From Octopus sinensis (lineage: Eukaryota): 64,000 nucleotides of DNA. The stretch is taken from the NCBI RefSeq assembly GCF_006345805.1, contig NC_042997.1, positions 70,122,001 to 70,186,000 of the forward strand, written 5' to 3'. Positions 1 through 11,894 of the stretch are shown in pieces (position 1 is the stretch's first letter; each line of letters opens with the position of its first letter). The notes beneath the pieces were generated by a model. The model did no database searches. It was not told the origin of the DNA and saw only the letters and a program-made list of their open reading frames with translations. The position numbers and the translations under genes are program-made.

Positions 1-489
1 GCCCGGGTACAAGCGATATTCCTCATTGAGCTCCTCCAGCTTCTTACCACATAGTCAAGCCTATGTCTGTGAATTCACCCACCGTGTAGGGTCTCGAGAT
101 ACGTAATCGGGTCGACGAAAAGAAAATGTAAGAGCGGAGTGAGAGCGATGCTTACATCGGCGACCTCATCCGAACAACTATGAAAATTTGTTTGATAATA
201 AAATTGGGTTATAGATTAAGCAGACGTTTGAAAAGACAGGGTGTGTTTGTAGAAAATTTCATTTAAATAAAATGGATGATGGTTTTCAAACTTTTGGAAT
301 CACTATTCTTTGGAGCGGCTTCATTTGCAAGAAATAGTGATCGAAAATGCCTCAACTGATAGCCAAGTTTCTTTAGATATAAAGGTATACATTGATCATA
401 TAGATATGTACTGGTGTATAAATTTATTTTCCCCCCCAAACACCACCAGACAAAAGATCAGCTTCAGTTTAACAAATACACTCACAAGG

Positions 490-600
490 TTTTATTAGGC
501 CCAGGGCTCTAGTAGAAGACATTTGCGCAAGGTGCCACGCAGTAGGACTGAGTTCGGTACGATATAGCTGGGAAGCAACTTCGTACCACACAGTCAACAC
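490..600 (-). mobile_element. CORE-type tRNA-derived SINE, 5' fragment
   Basis: Reverse complement of the head of the full copy at 58642-59065 (gtagaagacatttgcgcaaggtgccacgcagtaggactgag). Confidence 0.7.
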
Positions 601-1581
601 TATATCTAAGAAATCACCGGCTGTGTAGGGTCTCGAGACACGTATCTGAGCCGATGAAAAGAAAATGTAAGAACGACACTTCCATGGGCAACGAGGAATT
701 GGGGTCCTTCTGTGTCGTTTTCCCTTCCTCTGTGCTTTTAATACATGTTTTTTCACTTGCAATTCTGCATCTGTTTTCCGTTTGTATATTTACTATACAT
801 TTTTAAACTTATTATTTAACGGAACGTAATGCACCATTGGTTTTATTTACAGTAAGTTGTTTATATATTCGTGCGATATCTATTTCTAGCATTTCTTCTT
901 TCTCCTTTTCTCTCTCTCTGTCTCTTCTTTTCTATCTACTCCCTCTCTCTCTCTCACACGCTCTCTTTCTTATCTGCCCTCTGTGGCTCCCTCTGCCTGC
1001 TTCTGACACTTAATCCGTGTTCAGACTTTTCATTTTCTCTTTTTGCACCCGCCGTTGAAACAACCGATTGTAAATTCTCTAGTCCCCGCTTCAACCTGCT
1101 TCGCTGTCTGTTGCCCGTCTGTTTATTATCCTTTAGGATTTCCCTATTAGCGTTATCCATACTTCGCTTTCATCTAGCCCTAAGACTACATTTTGTTCAT
1201 TTATTTCGTTTTTGTCCCACATCCGTCCACCAGTGATCTGGTCTTGGATAAAAGTTATTCACTTTCGTATGTCCACTTCTGTATCGCCTCTTATCCATAC
1301 ATCACTTGTCTGTTTTCGGTCACACATTCCTAGCAGCTCCTGTCGGTGCCGCCGGATGGAATTCAATATTATCGTTAAAGGCACGAAATTGCGTTTGACT
1401 CGCTGGCTGACAACTGGAGAAGAACTGGAGACCCTCTGTGTAGTTTTCCGCTCGCCTGTGCATTTACTATGTGTTTTTAAACTTGCTATTCTGTGTAATT
1501 ACTATACGGTGTAATTACTATACGGTTTTTAAAAAAACTTATATACATACATACACACATTGGCATATATACATATGTATG

Positions 1582-1618
<37 letters not shown>

Positions 1619-1714
1619 TATAAGTATATATGTGAATATATATATGTACATGTATATACATATGTATATGTATATCTATATATATGTATATGTATATCTA
1701 TCTATCTATCTATC

Positions 1715-1767
<53 letters not shown>

Positions 1768-1910
1768 TATATATATATATATATATATATCATATAAGTA
1801 TATATGTGAATATATATATGTACATATATATACATATGTATATGTATATGTATATCTATATATATGTATATGTATATCTATATATATGTATATGTATATC
1901 TATCTATCTA

Positions 1911-1986
<76 letters not shown>

Positions 1987-3261
1987 GTGCAATAATCTGC
2001 GTCGAAAGAAATGCAGCTATGTTTGATCATATTTAACACACTGGTCGTACGCTTATATATGAAAAGACTTTACAGAAACTAGCTCGAATGAAAAGGGCAA
2101 TATATTAAAAAACAAGATAAAAATAACTCAAAAACACCCCATTGTGCATGTTGAATATGCGAAAGAAGAAAAGAAAAGAGCAAACCAGGAGGAGAAATAC
2201 ACAATGTAACACGATTTATCCACCGGCTGAAGCTTCATATAAATAAGAAGTGCGCGCACAAAACATAGTAAAACACAGACGCGCAGAACATGCACATTCA
2301 ATCGTTATACTTAAGATGTTTTCAAAATTATAAATTATTTTCCAGTGTAGAGGTTCCACTATCATTTCGATAATTTTCTTTTACGATAAAATTATGCATT
2401 CGTTATAAAAATTAATCATACTTTTATATAATTCACTTACGAAAATAATTACATATTTGTTTAAAAAGAAATTACAAACTAGTTTACAGTTTCTCTCTCT
2501 CTCCCCTCTCTCTCTCACACACACATACACACATACACACACAGGCACTCAGAAACACATATGCACACACATCAAAAATGACACGAAGAGTTATGTGAAC
2601 AAGAAGGGGGGATTCTAGTGATTTTTATCTAATTCATTCTAAGCTGAAAACTCAGGTAACCGTTATTACGAGTTTGACAGATTCGATTTTAGACAGCAAT
2701 GATATTGGAGCAAGTTTCATTAAAAGAAGAGCACAAATGTATTTTCATTTACATTTGTATTATACTTTATGTATTATACTTTATGCTTCGGAACATTACC
2801 AAAGATTCTGTGTACGTGTTTTCGGTATTTTAGTGGAAGCTCCTTTTGTTTTTCTTACATTTTCTGCAGTCTTTAGCATCCAACCATCTCTACTCACAGT
2901 GTCCTCTTTTTGTTGCAAGACAATGAGATAGACAGAGAGTGGGGATAGAGGAAGAGAGGGGGAATGAGAGAACATACTGCTGATTATGGCACGTTTCTTG
3001 GATGACGAATCACTGCCCAAACAAGACTGTCGCATAACAAACTCTTTGCTGGTTATCGTGGCTTAGAGGCCCTAACGTAAATGTACAAGAAAGATCCCGT
3101 GATATGCCATGGTGCTTGTGAGTGGAAATCTCATGCGAGCATGTTTAAAGCATGAAAACGAAACAGTGAAGTGGCGACAGCATATTCAATGTATTAAGCC
3201 AGCATATTTGACTTAAAACTGTATTCCAAACTGTGAGTAATCATTATTTGTTCTGCTCTAA

Positions 3262-3454
3262 GGCAGTACGCCGGGCGAAATGCTTAGTGGTATTTCGTAC
3301 GTCTTCACGTTCTGAGTTCAAATTCCGTTGAGGTCGGCTATGCCTTTCATTCTTTCGGGATCGAGGAAATAAGTACCAGTTGAGTACTGGGGTCAGTGTA
3401 ATCTACTATCTCCCTACCCCAAAGTTTCAGGCTTTGTGCCTATAGCAGAAAGGG
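3262..3454 (+). mobile_element. Abundant SINE (family with central gcctttcatcctttcggggtcgataaa domain) with 18-bp target-site duplication
   Basis: B-box-like gagttcaaattcc plus the shared central domain; flanked by direct repeat ttatttgttctgctctaa at 3244-3261 and 3455-3472. Confidence 0.85.
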
Positions 3455-3649
3455 TTATTTGTTCTGCTCTAATACCTGTTATAATGTTACCTTCTGCAAA
3501 CAAAACTTTCAAAATAACAAAATTCAGCGATGAAAACTCTCAAAACAGGCTTTAAATATTGTATTAGAGCTCTACCTGCACATATATATTTAAGTGAATT
3601 TAGAGAGTCAGAAGCAAAAATATTGGTTTCAAGGTTTGGTACAGATCAG

Positions 3650-3825
3650 CGAGGTCGGGTAAGTGGGTAATTCTATTTCATCAACTCAAGTGTTCAACTG
3701 GCTCTTATCTTATCGCCCCAGAAAGGATGAAAATGAAGCCGACCGCGGCGGAATTTGAACTCAGGCCGGAAAGCTGCAAAGCATTTTGCCAGGTGCGATA
3801 ACGATTCTGCCAGCTCGCCGCCTCT
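3650..3825 (-). mobile_element. Same abundant SINE family, degraded
   Basis: gaaaggatgaaa...ggcggaatttgaactcag...acgattctgccagctcgccgcc is the reverse complement of the family consensus. Confidence 0.75.
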
Positions 3826-4689
3826 ACAGTAATGAAATATTGATTGTAAAATAGCAATGTCTCATCTACCCATGGGACACATAACATTGATATCCAGGTA
3901 TTCTGCAGCCCACAGTTTTCCTTTTCGGTACGCTTCGATGTTATACAAGCAATACATACAGGCTTGTTTATGCACTGCTTTTGCCTTTTTTTATTTTTTA
4001 TAAGTGACAGCTGATATCTCGGCTGCTTGCTTCAGCTTCCCTGACCTAACCTAATCTTAAAAGGTAACCAGACTTAGTCATTCATTTTGTTTAAATATCT
4101 GTGGTATATAAAATAGTGCTTATTGTGAATGTAGGAAGGCATTTTTCACTACCTACGGGGGACATCGAAGACGTTAGTGTAAAACTTTTAGGAGATAAAC
4201 TTACAGACGTTTTTGGTATCGATATTCCTATGGTGAACAATACAACGGGTTTAAATTCTAGAATAGCAGACATATCCAACAGAATTTTGTCGTCAACCAA
4301 TAGGAAATTTAGAAAATTATTGGCTTAGAAAACAACTAAATTGAAGTGAATATTAATGCTGCCTACGAAGTTGGATTACGATGGAATACATTATTTTGTC
4401 CCAATTCAGCCTTGCATAACCCATGTTAAAAAAAAGAAATAAAAATAAAAATCACCTAGATGAAGTTAATATAACGTATAACGTGGTTTCGGGTAACAAA
4501 TAAATATTGATTTCTGTATAAATAAACAGTTCGTTTGTGAAACTGTCGGTGTCCTGACCGACTGCATTAACACGCGGTTATTACTGTATTATTCTTATAT
4601 TTAAAAAGGATTCTACTTTAGTACTTTCTTTCCCCAAACTCTCCTCATTACTCTTGTTGCGCTGATCTTAATATTTTGAAATCAATTTG

Positions 4690-5095
4690 GCAGCATGCCG
4701 GACAAAATGCTTAGCGGACTTTTCGTTATTTTTACGTTCTGAGTTCAAATTCCACCGAGGTTGACTGTCTTTCATCCTTTCGGGGTCGGTCAATTACATC
4801 GATTTACCCTTCTCCCGAAATTGCTGGCCTTGCGCCAAAATCTAAAATCAATATTTTAAAATCTTGTTAGGGTGGAGTAGTGGCAGAATTTTTAGCACGC
4901 CGAGCAAAATGTTGAGTGGCATTTTCGTCTGTATTAACTTTCTAAGTACAAATTCCGCCAAGGTTGACTCTGCCTTTCATCCTCTCGGGATCGATAAAAT
5001 AAGTACCAGTTCAGCACTGGGATCCATGCAATCGATTAACACCCCCAGCCTCATAAATTTCATGCATTGTGCCTATAGTAGAAAGGAATATTTTA
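4690..5095 (+). mobile_element. Two adjacent copies of the abundant SINE family
   Basis: Two occurrences of caaaatgcttagcg...aaattccgcc..ggttgact..ctttcatcct (about 4690-4850 and 4870-5095). Confidence 0.75.
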
Positions 5096-5147
5096 AAGTT
5101 TTATCTTAGGCGCTTTATTGCTTCAGAACAACTTCTCTTCTATTGTA

Positions 5148-5364
5148 CAAAGGGCTGCTGAAAAGTTCCTGGCTTTGGATAAATGAAAATACAGGAGGAT
5201 CAGTTGATTATGATTTTAGCCAACATATTTCTCTCCTTGATTCACACACTTATTGCAGAGGCCCTTCGGTTTTTGTAAGCCATGTAAAGCAACTTGTATT
5301 GTTGGGGCTCCAGCCAAGCCTTTCACAATACCCTTAAAGCTAGGAACTTTTCAGCACCCCGTCG
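5148..5364. mobile_element. Mariner-type MITE (217 bp)
   Basis: About 28-bp TIRs (caaagggctgctgaaaagttcctggcttt / aaagctaggaacttttcagcaccccgtcg) flanked by TA at 5146-5147 and 5365-5366; no ORF. Confidence 0.8.
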
Positions 5365-6289
5365 TATACTTTCCGTTTCAATTTTAGCTCCAAACAAAAT
5401 ACGAGGTTGTTTTCTTATTCGTTTCTTGTCGCGTTTCATATCGATAATCGAGTGTTATGCTAGTTTTATATCACAGAATGGTCTGCTAATTAGTATGATT
5501 TAATTTTAAGAGGGTATGTTTGTCGATATTTCCTAATCACACACGCACACACACATACACACACACATACATACACACAAACACACAAACGCACATGCGC
5601 ATATGCGCGCGCGTTCAGACACATGCACGCTAACATTCACCCACTCTCAAGTACACATATGAATATGGAATTAAGGCTTTATTTTTTAATAGCCTTTTCT
5701 AAACTTGGCAACAGCTTAACAAAGATGAACGCAACTGGAGAACTATTCCTTATTATGTCTCGTTTATATAATTCCATATTTCTCGTGGAAAATTTCACCA
5801 AAGAAAAATATATCATAAATTAAATAAATCTAAATATTTATGAAAATTTGAATCAATATATTTTATTTACATTTTACGTGCTTGAGTAAACCTATTTGTA
5901 AGAGAACTTTTTCAATTGTAACCTGTCAAATGAAATTTAATTACTTCAAAAGGGAATTGCTGGCAACATATGTTATTGGAGGTAACATTTTACTTCCTCC
6001 AAGTACTCAAGCTAAGGCTGTAAGTGGTTTCAGTCCTTACTTGCTGTCACCTTAATTCACGGCAACTATAATACTTTTGAATAGAAGTGAACATTAAACA
6101 TTCTATTTTTCAGTTTGTCGTAAGCTATAAGATCTTTATACACGCGCGCACAGACACACAGCCATCACTCCCTAATAAATAAAAACTTAAAATCTGCTAC
6201 CCACTCTATAACTATAACCATCATTGCCTTAGGTTTCTACTATACAATTCTACAAATAATACAATTTATAGAAACATTTCTTTTGTATT

Positions 6290-6562
6290 TCCGACAGAAT
6301 TTATGGATCAACTTTCGTTATGTAGTTGGTAGATGGAAACTGAAAGGATCCCGTCGTGTGTATATACTACTGCCTGACAACTGGTGTTGATGTGTTTATG
6401 TCCCTGCAAGTTAACAGTTCGGTGAAAAGAGTCCGATAGAATAAGTATCAGGTTTCAAATGAAAACTAAGGACTGTTCGATTCATTCGACTAAAATTCTT
6501 CAAGGAGAGCCCCAGCATGACCGCAGTCTCATGACTGAAACCAGTAAAGATAAAAGATTAAA
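6290..6562 (+). mobile_element. CORE-type SINE, 3' part
   Basis: ggtagatggaaactgaaag...gatagaataagta...ccccagcatgaccgcagtc..atgactgaaac...gataaaaga tail shared with 58642-59065. Confidence 0.75.
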
Positions 6563-6564
6563 GA

Positions 6565-6905
6565 AGATGTATGTATGTATGTGTGTGTATGTATACATGT
6601 ATGCATGTATATAAGTTTGTATGCATGCATGCATGTATGTTTGTATGTGTATATGTATATATGCATGCATGTATGAATGTATGTATGTATATATGCATGT
6701 ATGTATATATGTTTGTATGCATACATGTATGCATGTATGTATGTTTGTATGTATGTATGCATGTATGTATATATATACATGCATGCATGCATGCATGTAT
6801 ATATATATGTTTGCGTGCATGCACGTATATAAGTTTGTATGTATGCCTGTATGTCTGCAAGTGTGTATCTATGCATATAAGTAAGTATTATGTATGCATG
6901 TATAT
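6565..6905. repeat. Compound (ATGT/ATGC/AT)n microsatellite
   Basis: Directly visible; source of several spurious ORFs. Confidence 0.95.
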
Positions 6906-7644
6906 TTTTATATATCCATGCAAGTATATCTGTCATAGCTGTATTGCTAAGAATTTCGCTTGGCGTGCATGAGAACCCATAATGTAAAATGTTATTGTTT
7001 TTACTTTGAAGTGAACTCATACGGTGTGAGTAACGATGGATTTACAGAAACCGTAAAGAAGCTGGTTAAACGTATCTATAGTTAATTTGAGACAGCCGTG
7101 GAACGCTGATTCGGCCTTAGAGCTATATTACAGATGCACTTGTCTATGAAATTCTTAGCCACTTGCATATTAATTCGATGATCAGGTAATGAAGTTGATC
7201 GAGCAACTGAATTACTTAATCCACACTTTATGTATGTCTATGAGTCTGTGTGCATATGTGTATGTATGAGAAAAAGAAAGAGAGAAGAAGAAAGTGAGCG
7301 AGAGAGAAAGAGAGAAGGAGAAAGTGAGCGAGAGAGAAAGAGAGAAGGAGAAAGTGAGCGAGAGAGATAAGGGAGAGCTGTATTGTAATATAGAGTGTCA
7401 CAAATATAAGGTTTACATATGATCACTCAGGCAATACATGTTTGTGGATTCATCAAATATTTTTTGACTGATCATGTGTGTAATTTATGGTTCTTACACT
7501 CCAAGTAACAACGGAATCAATCACCAACTGTTCTTAATAAATATATATTCAACACCATGTATAGCATCATAGGCAGACGTAAATATGTGAGAGAAAGAAA
7601 GAGAGAGAGAGGAAGTGAGTGAGAGAGAGAGAGAGAGAGAGAGC

Positions 7645-7930
7645 GTATGACCTACAAGTTATGGAGTTGGACTCAGGATCGCAAGATCGTGGTTTCAATT
7701 CCTAGACAGGGTGGTGCGTTGTGTTTTTGAGCAAAAAACTTCATCTCACTTTGCTCTGCGATCACCTCGACACTAGACGCGTGGTACACCGTGCATCTAT
7801 TCAAACAACATCAATTTGAGGGAGAGGGTGAGCTAATATACGATACGAACATTGGGCTACTATAAAAAAAAATCACTTGTGCAGGTCGTTTGGCAAAATC
7901 TGACCGCTCATACGTCGTCTTCGACGAGAG
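7645..7930 (+). mobile_element. tRNA-derived SINE, diverged
   Basis: ggactcaggatcgcaagatcgtggtttcaattcc (B-box-like) followed by gtgtttttgagcaaaaaacttcatctcac; ends next to (TA)n. Confidence 0.55.
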
Positions 7931-7973
7931 AGTATATCACATATGTAAATATGTATGTGTATGTAGATATATC

Positions 7974-8006
<33 letters not shown>

Positions 8007-8017
8007 TATATATATAT

Positions 8018-8052
<35 letters not shown>

Positions 8053-8065
8053 ATATATAATATAT

Positions 8066-8147
<82 letters not shown>

Positions 8148-8169
8148 TATATATATATATATATAATAA

Positions 8170-8369
8170 TATGTGACAATTATTCGGTAGCCAAGATAAA
8201 ACTCTGAGTTTGGGACGCCGAGGTGGAAATCCACTCCACCATCTCTCCGTTATCCGGCTATCAGGAAAACGTATCCGATGGCCGGATAACTGAAGAGATG
8301 GTGGTGTGGATTTCCACTCGGCATCCGAAAATCAGAGTTTTTTCTTGGCTACCGAATAATTGTCACATA
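8170..8369. mobile_element. 200-bp hairpin (foldback) MITE-like element
   Basis: Outer 27 bp are perfectly inverted (tatgtgacaattattcggtagccaaga / tcttggctaccgaataattgtcacata); imperfect pairing continues to about 90-bp arms; TA termini beside (TA)n. Confidence 0.8.
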
Positions 8370-8485
8370 GTATATATTTACAGATAAATTCCTCTATTTA
8401 CATAATATTGAGGTCTCTTTCTTTCTTTTGTATCTTACCGTTTTACCAATATATAATGTATATATATATATATATATATATATAA

Positions 8486-9630
8486 ATTATTAGAGAGTCA
8501 TCCACTATGTGGATGACTCTAGTGCTAAAAATAGCTCCGAAGCAACCACAGAAGATCCGTTTCCAACTAGAATCAACACACATTAACTGAAGGAAAGTGA
8601 AATACAACGAATAAAATAGATTGACTCTATACATTGTTCATTACTAATGCAATATGTAGTGTTACTTACACTTGCATCTATAAATCTTCGGTAGAGTTTG
8701 TCAGAAATGCAATTAATTAGATCGATTCGGGCGTCAAAAACACGAGCGGTCCAACCAATTACATTTTAGTTATGTCTCAAATTCGCGCCAAAAGCATGCC
8801 TAGACTCCATTGGAAACGTATGCGCATCAAATAAAAATATGACTGCCGCGTAGTTAAATTTATAAAATTATAAATGAGGGTGAAAAATCGATATTAATTT
8901 AATAATACCGTCAATTTAACACCAAGTGGCTTAGCACAAAAACTACGGAGGAAATACAACAATTATACATAAATATTAGAGAGTCATCCACCTATGGGAT
9001 AACTCTAGTGCTAAAAATAGCTCCGAAGCAACCACAGAAGATCCGTTCCAAAAAGAATCAACACACATTTAACTGAAGGAAAGTGAAATACGAATAAAAT
9101 AGATTGACTCTATACAATTGTTTCATTACTAATGCAATATGTAGTTTTACTTACACTTGCATCTATAAATCTTCGGTAGAGTTTGTCAGAAATGCAATTA
9201 ATTAGATCGATTCGGCGTCTCAAAAACACGAGCGGTCCAACCAATTACATTTTAGTTATGTCTCAAATTCCGCGCCAAAAGCATGCCTAGACTCCATTGG
9301 AAACGTATGCCGCATCAAATAAAATATTGACTATAGATGCAAGTGTAAGTAAAACTACATATTGCATTAGTAATGAAACAATTGTATAGAGTCAATCTAT
9401 TTATTCGTTGTATTTCACTTTCCTTCAGTTAAATGTGTGTTGATTCTAGTTGGAAACGGATCTTCTGTGGTTGTTCGGAGCTATTTTTAGCACTAGAGTT
9501 ATCCACATAGTGGATGACTCTCTAATAATTTATGATAAAATTGTATTTCCTCCGTAGTTTTTTGTGCTAAGCCACTTGGTGTTAAATTGACGGTATTATT
9601 AAATTAATATCGATTTTTCACCCTCATTTA

Positions 9631-9635
<5 letters not shown>
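8486..9635. repeat. Tandem-plus-inverted duplication of a ~490-bp unit between two (TA)n tracts
   Basis: 8486-8845 repeats at 8975-9331; 8866-9167 is inverted at 9332-9635 around a 164-bp spacer. Confidence 0.9.
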
Positions 9636-9685
<50 letters not shown>

Positions 9686-9726
9686 TATTATATATATATA
9701 TATATATATATGTGTGGTGTGTGTGT

Positions 9727-10036
9727 GGAGGCGCAATGGCCTAGTGGTTAGGGCAGCGAACTCGCGGTCGCAGGATCGCGGTTTTCGATTCCCAGACCGG
9801 GCGTTGTGAGTGTTTATTGACGCGAAACAACCTAAAAGCTCCAAGAGGCTCCGGCAGGGGGGGGGGGTGTGATCCCTGCTGTACTATTTCACCACTCTTT
9901 CTCCCACTCTTTCTTCTGTGGGCCTGTTCGCTTAGCCAGCGGGGTGGCGTCATTCGAAGGCTAAAACAATGCGAACGCATTGTGACCAGCGATGTGTAAC
10001 AACATCTGATGGTCTGGTCGGTCACGTGATCACGTG

Positions 10037-10038
<2 letters not shown>
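9727..10038 (+). mobile_element. tRNA-derived SINE
   Basis: A box tggcctagtgg and B box ggttttcgattccc; body shared with 22527-22893 and 60299-60673, with a different tail. Confidence 0.85.
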
Positions 10039-10069
<31 letters not shown>

Positions 10070-10077
10070 GGTAGACC

Positions 10078-10415
10078 GTTCTTAAGTTACAAGAATATTT
10101 GCAAAAGGGACATGAAGGCCTGCGACATCAATATCAGCGGTTGGGAGGCAGTTGCCGGGAACCGTGGAGATTGGCGACGTACCGTAAAAGAGGGAATACA
10201 AAGGAGTGACAGAGAGAGAGAAAGAGGAGAAATGGAAAGACAAGAAGAGATGTCCAGAAGAAACTATGGCATTACAACCAGCCAGGAACAGTCTTCGCTA
10301 CATTTGCGGTACCTGCCTGAGGGAGTGTTTGTCCATGATAGGACTACACAGCCACAGCAGGAAATGTATCAGGACATGAAACATCTTTGTCTCCCGAGAC
10401 AAAAATGATGCCAAC
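10078..10415 (+). mobile_element. RTE-BovB-type LINE 3' end
   Basis: Translates to GRPFLSYKNICKRDMKACDINISGWEAVAGNRGDWRRTVKEG, then a frameshifted zinc-finger-like ICGTCLRECLSMIGLHSHSRKC; short 3' UTR ending gatgccaacaa. Confidence 0.8.
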
Positions 10416-10889
10416 AATAAATATATATATATATATATATAATTGAGATAGGGGTTGTAAATGCAACCCTCCATGGGATAACATATATCCAATATACTGC
10501 TAGTGAAGTACCCAACAAAGTAATACATAAATGTTAAGAATTGCGATGCAATTCATTCATTTACTGTATTATATGGGCAAAGGTGAAATGTTTTACCACA
10601 AATTAATAATACAAAATAAGAAAATGGAGAAACACATCTTAATCGATCAATGATTAAGATGTGTTTCTCCAAGGGTCTTTTAGTATCCTCCACAATGTGT
10701 TTTGTCTGGTAAACTGCGCCAATGAGATACTCGATTAAAGGCTGTAGAATGATGATCAATTTAGCTTAATGTATTCCAGTTAATTGTGTCTACGTTTACG
10801 CTTGTGAACTGTGACAGAAATACGGTAATTTTATCTGTTATTTGAAGCGATTCAATTAAAATATCTCACATTTTTTTTACTATACCATT

Positions 10890-11085
10890 CTATTCAATAT
10901 CTTCATTAAGGGTACAAGATCTCGCATTTATATAATTTTTTGTGCATGAGCTATGATGACGTACGCTTAGATTCCTAAATGAAAAACTTTTCTTTTTGAT
11001 AGAATTAAAAATAGTCGTCTTCGCTCTAAAGAAATTGCCTTGGTGATATGTATAAGCGTCATCTATATGTAGTGTACGCAAGGCT
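10890..11085 (-). pseudogene. Possible highly decayed Penelope RT fragment
   Basis: LHIDDAYTY...FNSIKKKSFSF loosely resembles the PLE RT YIDD region; weak. Confidence 0.25.
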
Positions 11086-11675
11086 ATGTATATCGTTCTC
11101 TATGTGTCTGTGATTTTATGAATATGGTTTTAAACATGCGTACAGTGTGTATATAAGTCTAACAAAATTTGTAATCCGCATGTAACACAACAACGTGTTT
11201 TTGTACGGATCCAATTATTGGAAAATTGTTTTCCCTTTATATGATTCATATCTGTTGTCATTTTATTTTAAAACAACAAAAAGTAAGGTGCACGCATTGT
11301 GTTTTGTGAACTTTTCTGAAGGCATACATAAACATGCATCTATGCACGCTAGCTGGTTTAGGTATTTACATATTTGCTTATGCCTCAAATATCCTTACCA
11401 TTCAGGCTTTACATTATGCTTGTTTGCCTGTTTGCTTTCCAAAGAACAAATCCTAACGCTATGAAATCGGATTTATCACGATGACTGTCACATAAACGTT
11501 TAAGACGCTTTACGACTTGCTAATTCTTTCAATATTTCTGTCAGACAAAATCCAGACTAAGATTTATTTAATCGGCTTTAATTAGATAACTGACAACAAT
11601 AATGATATTTTATCATCGTATGTTAAATAATCTCTCTTTCTCTCTCTCTCTCTCTCTCTCCCCCCACACACACAC

Positions 11676-11723
<48 letters not shown>

Positions 11724-11826
11724 TCTTTCTTCCCGCCACTCCTCTCTAGTTTTTTTTAACTTTTCTACTAAACGTATAGAAAGGCATGTATACATACTGA
11801 CATACAAAAACACAAATATTTATATG

Positions 11827-11894
<68 letters not shown>

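Noticed and set aside
4091-4328. Overlapping 69-aa (-) and 75-aa (+) ORFs in unique DNA
   Set aside because: No motif, no convincing splice sites, and the length is compatible with chance.
5960-7075. Possible micro-exons or short exons (ttttcag-TTTGTC-gtaagc near 6115; tttgaag-TGAACTC... near 7011)
   Set aside because: Such AG/GT pairs are expected by chance in AT-rich DNA, and nothing links them.
9727-9800. tRNA-like heads here and at 22820-22893 and 60600-60673 considered as tRNA genes
   Set aside because: They have A/B boxes but no complete cloverleaf, and they continue into a shared SINE body.
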